DNA of 64,000 nucleotides from Candidatus Eiseniibacteriota bacterium (GCA_963762255.1 CAVXKA010000001.1:1056001-1120000), one strand, 5' to 3'. Counted from the stretch's first letter, positions 47,802-58,041 are shown. The notes: generated from the sequence alone by a model not told the origin. Numbers and translations: made by a program.

Positions 47802-48941
47802 ATGAGCATGGTCATTGGTGTCCCAAAGGAAACTCATCGTCACGAGCACCGCGTCGGGCTCACCCCGTTCGCGGTGGCGCGGCTCACCCGGGAAGGCCAC
47901 ACCGTCCTCGTGGAACGCGAGGCGGGTGCCGGCGGACATTTCGGTGACCGCGACTTCCAGAACGCGGGAGCGCGCACCGTCTACAGCGCGGAGGAGGTCT
48001 ACCAGCGCTCGGACATGGTCGCCCGCGTGGGCATGTTGAGCACCGAGGAACTCGAATTCCTCAAGCCCGGGCTCATCGTGACCGGCTTCCATCATCTTGC
48101 CGTGTCGTCCCGCCCGATGGTGGAGCGGCTGCTGCAGAAGGAAATCACCCTCGTCGGGTACGAGATCATCGAGGACGGCTCCGGCGACCTGCCGGTGCTG
48201 CTGCCGTTCAGCGAGATGGCGGGCCAGATGGCGGTGCACCTGGCCGCTCACTACGCGCAGAACTCGACCGGAGGCCGCGGCATCCTGCTGGGCAGCGTCC
48301 CCGGGGTGCCTCCGCCCACCGTGCTGATCCTGGGCGCCGGCACCGTAGGCCGCGCGGCCGCGCGCCAGGCGCTGGCCAGCGGCGCGCATGTGATCGTGCT
48401 GGACGCCGACCTCGCCAAGCTCCGTCGCCTGAACCGCGACTTCCTGGGCCGGGCGGTGACGGTGATGGCCGGCCTCGAGCGGCTGGAGAAGTACACGGCG
48501 CTCTCCGACGTGGTCATCGGGGCCATCCTGATCCCCGGCGGGCGGCCGGACCTGCTCATCACCGAAGCAATGGTGAAGAGTATGAAGCAGGGGAGCGTGA
48601 TTATCGACGTATCTATCGATCAGGGCGGTTGCGTGGAGACGAGCCGGCCCACGGACATCGAGAACCCGACTTTCAAGGTCCACGGGGCGCTTCACTACTG
48701 CGTCCCCAACATGACCGCGAACATTCCGCGGACGGCGTCGCGTGCGCTGGCTACCGCGGCCCTGCCTTACCTGCTGCGTCTTGCCGAGAAGGGCTTGGCG
48801 GGGGCGGCCGGTGAGGATCCGGGTCTCGCTGCAGGGGTCTATCTCTGTCGGGGGAAGATGGTGAAGAAGGTGGTGGGAGAGACCCTCGGGTTCCCGGTGA
48901 CCCCGCTCGCGTCCCTCCTGGAAAAGGGAGCGCGGTCATGA
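47802..48941 (+). CDS. ald: Alanine dehydrogenase
   Basis: IGVPKE...EHRVGLTP, GAGTVG, DVSIDQGGCVETS, HYCVPNM; AGGAGG RBS. Confidence 0.9.
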   Translation: MSMVIGVPKETHRHEHRVGLTPFAVARLTREGHTVLVEREAGAGGHFGDRDFQNAGARTVYSAEEVYQRSDMVARVGMLSTEELEFLKPGLIVTGFHHLAVSSRPMVERLLQKEITLVGYEIIEDGSGDLPVLLPFSEMAGQMAVHLAAHYAQNSTGGRGILLGSVPGVPPPTVLILGAGTVGRAAARQALASGAHVIVLDADLAKLRRLNRDFLGRAVTVMAGLERLEKYTALSDVVIGAILIPGGRPDLLITEAMVKSMKQGSVIIDVSIDQGGCVETSRPTDIENPTFKVHGALHYCVPNMTANIPRTASRALATAALPYLLRLAEKGLAGAAGEDPGLAAGVYLCRGKMVKKVVGETLGFPVTPLASLLEKGARS

Positions 48942-50235
48942 GTTGGTACGACGACTACAAGAGCAAGCTGGTGCCTGCTGCCGAAGCAGTGTCCCAGATC
49001 AAGAGCGGCGACAACGTCTACTACGGCGGCAACGCGGCCATCCCGTTCGGGCTGGTGCGGGCGCTGGCCGGTCGGCGGGATGAACTCACCGACGTGCATC
49101 TGAGCCACGTGCTCTTGGTGGGCAAGGATCCGCTCTCCACGCCGGACATGGCCGGCTCCTTCCGCCACAACTCCCTCTTCGTGGGTCCCGCGGATCGCGA
49201 AGCGGTCAACGACGGGCGCGCCGACTACGTGCCGGTCTTCCTCTACATGATTCCCCGTCTCTTCCTCGACAAGATCATCCCGGTCGACACGGCGATGGTC
49301 ATGACGTCCCCCCCGACGAGCACGGCTTCATGAGCCTCGGGGTGGAGACGCTGGCCTCGAAGGCGGCGTGCCAGATGGCCAAGCGCGTGGTCGTGCAGGT
49401 CAACGAGAAGATGCCGCGCGTGCTGGGCGACTGCTTCCTGCACGTGAACCGCGTGGACGCGATCGTGGAGCACACCGAGGGCCTGCCGCAGCTCGAGGTG
49501 AAGCCGGCCAACCCGGTGGAGCTTGCGATCGGCGCGAACATCCTGAAGCTCATCGAACCGGGGGCGACCCTGCAGATGGGCATCGGAGGGGTCCCCGACG
49601 CAGTGTTCGCGGCGCTGAGCGGGCCGCTCGATCTGGGCATCCACACCGAGATGCTCTCGGACGGCGGGATGCACGCGATCGAGCGCGGCGTGGTGACCGG
49701 GAACCGCAAGAGCCTCCACCCCGGCAAGGTCGTGATCACGTTCGCGCTGGGTACCGACAAGCTCTACGAGTTCCTCGACAACAACCCGCTCATCGAGGCC
49801 CATCCGGTCAGCCACGTGAACGATCCCTTCGTGGCCAGCCAGAACGACAATCTGGTGGCGGTGAACTCGGCGATCGAGGTGGATCTCACCGGCCAGGTGT
49901 GCTCGGACTCCATCGGCACCTATATCTACTCCGGGTTCGGCGGTCAGGTGGACTTCATCCGCGCCGCCGCGCGCTCCAAGGGCGGGAAGCCGGTCATCGC
50001 GGTGCAGGCCACCGCGCAGGGCGGCAAGATGTCGCGCATCGTGCCGATGCTCAAGCCGGGGGCGGGGGTGGTGACGAGTCGGGCCGACGTGCATTACGTG
50101 GTGACGGAGTACGGCACGGCCTACCTGTTCGGGAAGAACCTCCGGCAGCGCGTGGAGGCCCTGATCGCCATCGCGGACCCGAAGTTCCAGGACGAGCTGG
50201 AGAAGGCGGCGAAGGAACGCAAGCTGCTGCCCTGA
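48938..50235 (+). CDS. Acetyl-CoA hydrolase / 4-hydroxybutyrate CoA-transferase family; frameshift in the C7 run at 49308-49314
   Basis: GRADYVPVFL, LQMGIG, GIHTEM, SGFGGQVDF, VVTEYG; adding one C restores SPPDEHGFMSLG. Confidence 0.9.
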
Positions 50236-50275
50236 GCCTTTGCGCGGAGACGTCCCTTCGCTACCCTAGGCGGGT

Positions 50276-51244
50276 ATGACCCGGGTTGTTCTCGTCACAC
50301 CGGCAGATCCAAGCGGTTGCACCGGAAACGCGGTGACCGCCCATCGCTGGGCGCGGCTTCTGCGCCGGCTCGGCTGCCGCGTCCGGGTCGTTCATGCCTA
50401 CGAGGGCGAGCCGTGCGATCTTCTCATCGCGCTCCACGCGAGGAAGAGCGCGGCGTCGGTGGCGCGCGTCCGGCGCGAGTCGCCGGAGACTCCGATCGTG
50501 GTCGCGCTCACCGGCACGGATCTCTACCACGATCTTCGCCGCAGCGCCTCGGCGCGGCGCACCATCGACGTCGCTTCGAAGCTCGTCGTCCTTCAGCCGC
50601 TCGCTCTCCGCGAGCTCCCCGCTCGCTACTGGCCCAAGACGGTGGTGATCCGCCAGTCGGTGCGCATGCCCTGGGTGCGTCCCCCGGCGCGTGCGCGACA
50701 CTTCGACGTCGCCGTGCTCTCGCACCTGCGGCGCGTGAAGGATCCGTTGCGCGCGGCGTACGCGGCGAGACGCCTTCCCCCCGAGTCGCGCATCCGCGTG
50801 CTGCACGCGGGAGCGGCGCTGGAGATCGCGTATCTCGACCGCGTGCGGGCGGAGGCCGAGCGCAACCCGCGGTACGTGTGGAAAGGGGAGCTCCCGCGCT
50901 GGAAGGCCAAACGTCTCCTCGCTTCGAGTCACCTTCTCCTGGTCACGTCGCTATTGGAGGGCGGTGCCAACGTGATCTCCGAAGCGGCGGTGGCCAGTGT
51001 GCCGATCCTGGCCACCCGCGTCCCAGGCAACATCGGTCTTCTCGGCAAGACCTATCCCGGCTATTTCGACGTAGGCGACACCGAGGGTCTGGCGGAACTC
51101 ATGCACCGCGCCGAGACCGACCGCGATTTCTACGCCGACCTCGTTCGCCACGTGCGGGCGCTCAAGCGGTTGCTGCTTCCGGCCCGGGAGCTCGCCGCCT
51201 GGAAACTCGAGCTGGAAGAACTTTGTGGCGGGCTCGGTTCGTAG
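50276..51244 (+). CDS. senB: Selenosugar synthase SenB-like glycosyltransferase (TIGR04348-like)
   Basis: GNAVTAHRW, IALHARKS, LTGTDLY, HLRRVKDP, EGGANVISEA. Confidence 0.85.
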   Translation: MTRVVLVTPADPSGCTGNAVTAHRWARLLRRLGCRVRVVHAYEGEPCDLLIALHARKSAASVARVRRESPETPIVVALTGTDLYHDLRRSASARRTIDVASKLVVLQPLALRELPARYWPKTVVIRQSVRMPWVRPPARARHFDVAVLSHLRRVKDPLRAAYAARRLPPESRIRVLHAGAALEIAYLDRVRAEAERNPRYVWKGELPRWKAKRLLASSHLLLVTSLLEGGANVISEAAVASVPILATRVPGNIGLLGKTYPGYFDVGDTEGLAELMHRAETDRDFYADLVRHVRALKRLLLPARELAAWKLELEELCGGLGS

Positions 51245-51283
51245 TGTAGCCTTGATCGCTCCCGGGGCCCTGGGGATGGAACC

Positions 51284-52228
51284 ATGATCGGCAGATGCGT
51301 TTTTCTCGCGGCGATCCTCTTCGTCGGGGCGATGACCGTCGTCGTGCCGGCGCGCGCGTTCTCTCAGGATGATGCCGCGCCGCCGCCCGCTTTCTCTCAA
51401 GACGACGCCGCGCCGCCGCGCGCGCGCGCTCCAGAGACTTCCGCATCACGCGACTCCTTGCGCTCGCTTCCCGCGTACGTGGTCAGGAAGCCCACCGAGT
51501 CGAGCGCGGATCTCATGACCCTATCCGAGATCATCGCCCGGTGCGTGGAAGGGGAGAAAACCAAGCTCGCCGGCCACCGCGACATGACGTTCACCGGAAC
51601 GGTGCGGGTGGTCTCCACCTGGAAGCAGAAGCGCCTCGTGATCGACAGCGCGTTTCTCGCATACGAGGACGACGCCGGTTTCGCGAAGATGATCCGCCTC
51701 GGCGAGCAGCGACGGATGTACAAGCGCCAGGGCGAGGAGTGGGTCTACGACAAGGACGAGAAGGAAGAGGAGATCCGGGTGGGCGTCGAGGTCGGCGAAG
51801 GGGGCGAGGGGCTGGCGGAGCTGCCGTTCTTCCTCAAGGACCAGGGGGAGTATAAGTTCTCCCTCCAGGAGCGCGTGCTCGAGGGGGACCACGTCATCTT
51901 CAAGATCGCGTTCCGCCCGCGCACCGATTTCAAACCGCTCCCGTCGGGCACGGTCTACGTGGACACCGACGCGTTTCGCATCATCCACGAGGAGTTTGCC
52001 TTCGACGTGCAGAACCCTGTGCCGCTGTTGCTCAAGGACGTGAGGCGGGTCACCCGCGAGTGGCGGGAGCTGCCGACCGGCGAGTGGGTGGTGGCGAGCA
52101 TTCGCGCCGACGCCGAGCTACGCGGCGGGTGGTTCGCAGCGATGCCGAATCGGATCGAGCTGGGAGTGAACATCGAGGACTATCGCTTCGACCAGGGCTA
52201 CGATGAAGCCCGCTTCGGGAAGCGCTGA
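51284..52228 (+). CDS. Secreted hypothetical protein
   Basis: Signal peptide; beta-rich C-terminal region (FKIAFRP, GTVYVDTDAFRI); coupled to the downstream barrel gene. Confidence 0.75.
   Translation: MIGRCVFLAAILFVGAMTVVVPARAFSQDDAAPPPAFSQDDAAPPRARAPETSASRDSLRSLPAYVVRKPTESSADLMTLSEIIARCVEGEKTKLAGHRDMTFTGTVRVVSTWKQKRLVIDSAFLAYEDDAGFAKMIRLGEQRRMYKRQGEEWVYDKDEKEEEIRVGVEVGEGGEGLAELPFFLKDQGEYKFSLQERVLEGDHVIFKIAFRPRTDFKPLPSGTVYVDTDAFRIIHEEFAFDVQNPVPLLLKDVRRVTREWRELPTGEWVVASIRADAELRGGWFAAMPNRIELGVNIEDYRFDQGYDEARFGKR
51356..51421 (+). repeat. 33-bp in-frame tandem duplication (AFSQDDAAPPP / AFSQDDAAPPR)
   Basis: Two copies that differ mostly at synonymous positions. Confidence 0.85.
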
Positions 52229-52229
52229 C

Positions 52230-53600
52230 ATGCGAGGCGCACGCGCGTTCTCGATAGCCCTCTTGGGCGGCGCTCTTCTCGCGTGGAGCGGCCCCGCGCC
52301 GGCGCAGGAGCCGGGACAAACGCGGACGCTCGTGCCCGGTCAGGAGCCGGCCCCCTCCGACACCCTGCAACCCGGAAGCCTCCTCGATCGGCTCCAACGC
52401 GAGGACCGCAGCTTCTATTCCGACGAGATCGTGAACATCGACCGAGCGCTGGCCGATTCGGGGCTGGCCGCGCTCGACTCGCTCGGTTTCAAGGCGTTCG
52501 AGCGCGAGACCTTGAAGGGCGCGCGCGGGCGCGGCTTGAGCTTCGGCTTCGCCAACGAGCTGGGTCTCTACAACCGCGTGGAGGGAGGGATCGCCGGTTT
52601 GGGCGTGCGGCTGCGGGTGCCCGTCGCGACGGGGCCCGAGCTTCGGCTGCAAGGCGGCTATGCCTCCGGACCGCGCAAGTTCCGGCACTACGAATCGCTG
52701 CGCGTTCCGTTGAGCCTGCGCTATCGCGCGCCGGTCGTGGAGGCAGGCTACGCCGACCGAGCCGTTCGCTACTATGCCGATGAAGTGGGCGAGGATCTCC
52801 TCACCGCGTTCTTCGGATCGGACGCGGAGGAGAATTACATCCACCGCCGCGGGGGATGGATCGGGTTCTCGTGGGAGGGAAGCCCGGCGGGCAAATGGTC
52901 GTTGCGCGCCGAGGCGGCGACGGAGGACTCGGTGCGCCGGCGCACCGACTACGGCCTCTTTGGAAGCGAGCGCGACATGAGCCCCAACTTGCCGGTCGAC
53001 AGCGGCCGCGATCGCGCGATCGAGGGGACGTGGGAGTTGGGTTCGGTCCTCTCCGGCCGGCAGGCGATCGCGCTGCGGCATCGCGTGGCGGGCGGCGCTC
53101 TGGGCGGAGACTTCGCGTATTCGCGGTTCGCGGCGACAGCTTCCGCGCGCCGCTTCCTCGTGTTGAACCACGAAGCGGTCGTCGATCTGGCCTACGTGCG
53201 TGTCGGCGGACGGCCTCCCGGCCAGCGTCTCGCGGATCTGGGAGGTCTGGGCACGGTGCGAGGATTCCTCCCCCGCGCGCGCGTGGGAACGGAGTCGTTG
53301 CGAGCGCGCCTCGAGGTGCAGGTGCCCTACGATGTGTTCAAGCGGGCGCGGGTGCCGCTCTTGCGGAAAGCGGGGCTGCAACTCGTGCCGTGGGCCGACG
53401 CGGGCCGCGTGTGGGGCGGCGATCCCGCGGATGGGGACGGCCCCGGCTCCTGGTTCACATCCGCCGGGCTCGGCGTGCAGAAGCTGCTCGGCCCATTCGG
53501 CGAGGCATCGTTCATACGACTCGACGTGGCGGTGCCGATGGGCCCTGAGCGGCGGGATGACGTTCGCGCCTACCTCTATTTCGCGCGCGGGCTGTTCTGA
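52230..53600 (+). CDS. Outer membrane beta-barrel protein (Omp85/BamA-TamA-like C-terminus)
   Basis: Signal peptide; YNRVEG, LGGLGTVRGF, DAGRVW, RLDVAVP, terminal Phe. Confidence 0.8.
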   Translation: MRGARAFSIALLGGALLAWSGPAPAQEPGQTRTLVPGQEPAPSDTLQPGSLLDRLQREDRSFYSDEIVNIDRALADSGLAALDSLGFKAFERETLKGARGRGLSFGFANELGLYNRVEGGIAGLGVRLRVPVATGPELRLQGGYASGPRKFRHYESLRVPLSLRYRAPVVEAGYADRAVRYYADEVGEDLLTAFFGSDAEENYIHRRGGWIGFSWEGSPAGKWSLRAEAATEDSVRRRTDYGLFGSERDMSPNLPVDSGRDRAIEGTWELGSVLSGRQAIALRHRVAGGALGGDFAYSRFAATASARRFLVLNHEAVVDLAYVRVGGRPPGQRLADLGGLGTVRGFLPRARVGTESLRARLEVQVPYDVFKRARVPLLRKAGLQLVPWADAGRVWGGDPADGDGPGSWFTSAGLGVQKLLGPFGEASFIRLDVAVPMGPERRDDVRAYLYFARGLF

Positions 53601-53602
53601 CG

Positions 53603-56023
53603 ATGACATCGCGAGTTGCCGGCATCGGTTTGGTCATCCTGGTGCTGGCGACTACCGTCCTTCGGGACCATCTGAGCACATCTCTCCCATGGTTCGATGC
53701 CCGGGATTCCACCGGCTACTTCTGGACCGAAGGCGCCGTTCACTATCGCCATGCCCGGATGGTCGCCGACGGAGTCGGGATTCCCGATACCGACCGGGCA
53801 TTGCAGTACCCGGAGGGCATCGCGCCGCGACGCCACCTCACGCTTCTCATGGACTTCGTCAGCGGTGACACCTATCGGCTCTTGAAGCCTGTCCTCGGCT
53901 CGATGACGTTCCACGTGTACCTCATTCACCTCACCAGTTTCGTGTCGAGCCTGAGCGTAGTCGCCGTGTTCTTCCTCGCGTGGGTGCTCTTTCGATCCTG
54001 GGGCGCAGCGCTGCTTGCCGGCGTGATCTTCGCGACCGCCCCGTCAAGCCTCGACAGGCTCGTCGGCACATACGAGCGAGAGAGCTTCGCGGTCCCGCTC
54101 CTCCTGGGGAGCTTGGCGGCGTTTGCGGCAAGCTGCGACGAGAGCCGCGGGCGCCGGGCGGCTCTGTGGGGGCTGATCGCGGCGGCGCTGACTGCGACCG
54201 GTCTTGCCGCGTGGCACTTCGCGCGGTTCTACTACCTCATGTTCACGCTGAGTTGCTGCGCATGGTTTGTCGTGAATGGGGGCAGGCCGCGGCTCGCGGA
54301 GAGTGCCTTTGGGAGACCAGGGGGCGCTGAAGCCCCGGACGGGTTCAGGTGGGGGATCCTTCTGGTTTCCGGAGGGGCGCTCCTCGTCGGGTCTCTGGTC
54401 CCCGTTCTGCAAGAAAGCCGGCTCGTGCTTTCACCGGCATTCATCCTCTCTCTCGCGCTACTTCTCGGCTTGGAGGTGGACAGACGGTTCTTCCCGGGTC
54501 GGTCAGACGGCGCGGGTGGGGTGAGGCGTCGAGCGCTCCTGCTGGCCTCGTTCTCCGTGCCGCTGGTAGCCGTCGCCCTCGCCTTGGCGCGAGAGGCATC
54601 GGATTTCGGGCACGTCTACTCACTCCTCTGGGCGAAGATCGTCCACCTCGGCGTGAAACCGGAAGACCCGGCGCGCCTCACCGACGAAGCGCGGTTCCTC
54701 TGGGTCGATGGATTCAACAGCCCTACTGCCCCGTACCTCCTCACCAGGATCCTACCCATCGCCCTGATGACGGCAACCGGCCTCGTCGGACTGCACAGGG
54801 GGCGTTTCCCTGTGACGCGGTCGCCGGCGCCCTTCCTCGTCGCCATGCTTTCCGTTTGTTTCGTGGTGCTCTACTTCTTTGTTCGGCGGCTGTCGATATT
54901 CGCCGTCGCCTTCCTCGCCGTTTGGGCGGCGGCGTGGCTCTGGCGGACGACCGTCCGGTTCCGTGTCGGCGCCGCACTTCTGGCAGTGCCCTTGGTGTTA
55001 TTGCAGACAAACGAGACCCTGCATGTGAACGGCCGTACCTGGTTCCGGCGGGCGGCGGCAGGAGCCGGCGTATCGACCGAAGACCAAGATGCGCGCCATT
55101 GGGGGACCAGACTCGGAGTGCTCTACTGGATCCGCGACAACACCGACTCGTCGGACGTCTTCCTCGGTCCGGTGGGATTCAGCCCCGCGATCCTTGCCTA
55201 CTCCGGCCGCCCCATCGCGGTTCACCCCATGTACGAGACCGCGGCCATCCGTGGCAAAGTGCGCGAGTTTTACGGCGCCACGTATGCCAGCCCGGAATCG
55301 TTGCTCGCATGTTGTCGAAGGTGGGGGGTGAGCTACTACCTGCACACCATGGAAGGGGCATTGAACACCTCTCCTGATGGCACCCGGTACATGGCCGATG
55401 CCCTGACGTTGCGAAAATCATCGGCCGCATTCCTGTGTCAGTTCGCGCCGGAGCGACTCCCCGATCTGGAACTCGTCTACCAGGATCCGTCGTGCCGGCT
55501 ATTCCACATCCGGGAGGACGGTCGAACCGTGCCCGCGATGCGCAGGTTCCAAGACCCCGTGTACGACATCAAGACGTTTGGGAGCCAGGAGCTTGAGGGC
55601 GACGCTTTTGACGATCGCTCGACGGCGGAAGTGCTCGACCGCCTGGAACGCGCGCGTCTCTCGGCGGAAGCCGGGCGCAAGCTACTGGCAGCCCGACAGA
55701 TCGACGAGGCCATCAAGGCGCTGGAGGCGGCGATCGAACTCAACTACTGGGTGAGCGGAGCCCACGGCTATTTGGGGGTCGCTCTTGCGGAGCAGGGTCG
55801 TTATCCGGAGGCGCTGGCGGCTGGCAACACCGAGGTCAACCTGGATCGGGACAGCGCCGAGGCCCACTACAATATGGGCTACATCCACAATCGCTCCGGA
55901 CGGTACACGTCGGCCTTGCGTGAGTTCGAGATCGCGCGCGATCTGAAACCCACATTGAAGGACGTCAACTCGAAGATTCAGGACCTCAAGAGACGGCTCG
56001 GAACGGACGGCCAGGGCAGGTGA
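53603..56023 (+). CDS. GT-C fold glycosyltransferase, DPY19/STT3-like, with C-terminal TPRs
   Basis: Many TM helices; FWTEGAVHY, RESFAVP, GHVYSLLWAK, WIRDNT..DVF, HPMYE; TPRs (AHGYLGVAL, AHYNMGYI). Confidence 0.8.
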   Translation: MTSRVAGIGLVILVLATTVLRDHLSTSLPWFDARDSTGYFWTEGAVHYRHARMVADGVGIPDTDRALQYPEGIAPRRHLTLLMDFVSGDTYRLLKPVLGSMTFHVYLIHLTSFVSSLSVVAVFFLAWVLFRSWGAALLAGVIFATAPSSLDRLVGTYERESFAVPLLLGSLAAFAASCDESRGRRAALWGLIAAALTATGLAAWHFARFYYLMFTLSCCAWFVVNGGRPRLAESAFGRPGGAEAPDGFRWGILLVSGGALLVGSLVPVLQESRLVLSPAFILSLALLLGLEVDRRFFPGRSDGAGGVRRRALLLASFSVPLVAVALALAREASDFGHVYSLLWAKIVHLGVKPEDPARLTDEARFLWVDGFNSPTAPYLLTRILPIALMTATGLVGLHRGRFPVTRSPAPFLVAMLSVCFVVLYFFVRRLSIFAVAFLAVWAAAWLWRTTVRFRVGAALLAVPLVLLQTNETLHVNGRTWFRRAAAGAGVSTEDQDARHWGTRLGVLYWIRDNTDSSDVFLGPVGFSPAILAYSGRPIAVHPMYETAAIRGKVREFYGATYASPESLLACCRRWGVSYYLHTMEGALNTSPDGTRYMADALTLRKSSAAFLCQFAPERLPDLELVYQDPSCRLFHIREDGRTVPAMRRFQDPVYDIKTFGSQELEGDAFDDRSTAEVLDRLERARLSAEAGRKLLAARQIDEAIKALEAAIELNYWVSGAHGYLGVALAEQGRYPEALAAGNTEVNLDRDSAEAHYNMGYIHNRSGRYTSALREFEIARDLKPTLKDVNSKIQDLKRRLGTDGQGR

Positions 56024-56105
56024 CGGACCCGAGACCGCTGGCGGCATGGCAGAGGTGAGACGGCCGGGGGGCGTCGCGCGCACCCCGGCCCCAGGCACGA
56101 GTCGA

Positions 56106-56309
56106 TCAGAGCCCGGTCGGGATGTCTCGGTCCATGACCGTCTTGCGGCCGTCGCTCTTGGCGTTCTCGATGGCCCGGTCGCAGAGCCGGCGGATGGCGT
56201 CGGAGAGAGCCGGCGCGACGTTGGAAGCGGTGTTCATACCCGACTTGTCGCGGATGTAGTTCTTGAGCTTGGAAACGACGATGAGGACTTCGCCTTCGGC
56301 AGCGTTCAT
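56106..56309 (-). CDS. Bacterial histone-fold protein (Bd0055/HBb-like singlet)
   Basis: 67 aa: VLIVVSKLKNYIR..SGMNTA....LSDAIRRLCDRAIENAKSDGRKTVMDRDI; RKTV..RD histone L2 motif; GGAGG RBS. Confidence 0.88.
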   Translation of the reverse strand: MNAAEGEVLIVVSKLKNYIRDKSGMNTASNVAPALSDAIRRLCDRAIENAKSDGRKTVMDRDIPTGL

Positions 56310-56370
56310 TCTGAACCTCCATGAAGTGTTGGCGGGGGGATGAGCTGATGCGGACGTGGCCCGCGCCCAA

Positions 56371-58041
56371 CTATACGACAGGCCGGCGCAGGTGGAAACC
56401 GGTCTTGTCCTGATACGCCTTGGCTACGAGCAACGCGTCTGCTTCCCCGAAAAGCCTGCCGGTGAACGAGATGCTGGCCGGGGTGCCGTCCTCTCGGAAC
56501 CCGCTGCGCACCACCACTGTCGGCTGGCCGGTCAGGTTGGCGATCAGGAGCGTGTTGCCGCCGAAAGAGGGGTGCACGTATACATCCACCGCGTCGAACA
56601 CCCTCTCATAGGATTCCATGAGCACGGTGCGCGCGCGGTTGGCCTGGATGTACTCGACTGCGGGGATGAACCGAGCGGCGCGGAAGACGTTGGGCCACGC
56701 CTGCTCCTCCTGGCGCGTCATCATCTCGTCGCGGCCGGAGCGTGTGAGCTCGTCGAACGCGGCCGCTGCCTCCGCCTCCAGGATGAACAGCATGTCGCCC
56801 ACCGGGAGCGGCGGAAGCTCCACCGGCTTGAGCGCGAAACCCATCTGACGCAGGGCCTGGAGCGCGCCCTCGTCCAAAGCGTGATCCGGGCTCTCTTCCT
56901 CGAACGCCTTCACGTCGTAGCCGACTCGCAGTGTGCGCGGGTCGCGGCCGGCATCCCACGCGAACGGCGCGTCGATCACCGCGCCGTCCTTGTCGTCGGC
57001 TCCGCGGATCGCGTCGAGCACGAGCGCGCAATCCTCGACGGTACGGCATAAAGACCCGACCTTGTCCATGCTCCAGGAGAGCGCCATCGCACCGTGGCGG
57101 CTCACGCGGCCGAAGGTGGGACGGAGCCCGGTCGCGCCGCAGCGCGAGGACGGCGAGACGATCGAGCCCAGCGTTTCGGTCCCGATCGCGAACCCCACCA
57201 ATCCCGCGGCGACGGATGCGGCGGAGCCCGCCGACGATCCGCTCGAGCCCTGCTCCAGGTTCCATGGATTGCGAGTGGTGCCGCCGAACCATACGTCGCC
57301 CCACGCAAGTTCGCCGACGCTGGTCTTGGCGAGGAGCACGGCGCCCGCGTCTTCCAAGCGCTTCACCACGGTGGAATCCTCTGTGGGCACTTGATCCTTG
57401 TATGGGTTCGAGCCCCATGTCGTGGGAATGCCCTTGGTGGCGAAGAGGTCCTTCACGCCGTAGGGGATGCCGTGGAGCGGGCCGCGCACGACGCCGCGGC
57501 GTAGTTCGTCGTCCGCGCGGCGCGCCTGCTCCAGCGCGCGCTGCTCGGTGAGCGTGATCACGCAGTGGAGCTGCGGATCGAAGCGCTTGAGGCGTCCGAG
57601 ATAGAACCGCGTCAGGTCGAGCGAGGTGATGCGCCGCTCGCGCAGAAGCGCCCCCAGGTGCGTCAGCGGAAGGAACGCGAGATCCTCGCCGTCGGTGGGT
57701 ATTGCCGGCGCGGCGACTTGCGTCGGGCGGATCGGCACTTCCTCGCCGGTGACGCGCCGGCCAGGCAAGAGCGGGCTGAAGGTGAGCGCGGGCGGCACCG
57801 AGTTCGATAGCGGGACCTCGCGCAGCTTCTCGAAGTTGCCGAGGTGATCCTTGACTCCCGTCTCCATGAGCTTGCGCTCGTCCTCTGTGAAGGGAAGGCC
57901 GGTGATCGCTTCCGCCTTCGCGATCGCGGCGCGAGTGATCGCCTCCTTGCTCTGCGCGAGCACCTCGGGGGCGAGGAGCGCGGCCGCTCCCAGCGAGGAG
58001 AACCACGCGATGAAGTGGCGGCGATCGAGGTCGTGGTTCAT
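56371..58041 (-). CDS. Amidase-signature family enzyme with a Tat-like signal
   Basis: RRHF twin-Arg; GVKDL, GSSGSSAGS, IGTETLGSI. Confidence 0.92.
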   Translation of the reverse strand: MNHDLDRRHFIAWFSSLGAAALLAPEVLAQSKEAITRAAIAKAEAITGLPFTEDERKLMETGVKDHLGNFEKLREVPLSNSVPPALTFSPLLPGRRVTGEEVPIRPTQVAAPAIPTDGEDLAFLPLTHLGALLRERRITSLDLTRFYLGRLKRFDPQLHCVITLTEQRALEQARRADDELRRGVVRGPLHGIPYGVKDLFATKGIPTTWGSNPYKDQVPTEDSTVVKRLEDAGAVLLAKTSVGELAWGDVWFGGTTRNPWNLEQGSSGSSAGSAASVAAGLVGFAIGTETLGSIVSPSSRCGATGLRPTFGRVSRHGAMALSWSMDKVGSLCRTVEDCALVLDAIRGADDKDGAVIDAPFAWDAGRDPRTLRVGYDVKAFEEESPDHALDEGALQALRQMGFALKPVELPPLPVGDMLFILEAEAAAAFDELTRSGRDEMMTRQEEQAWPNVFRAARFIPAVEYIQANRARTVLMESYERVFDAVDVYVHPSFGGNTLLIANLTGQPTVVVRSGFREDGTPASISFTGRLFGEADALLVAKAYQDKTGFHLRRPVV

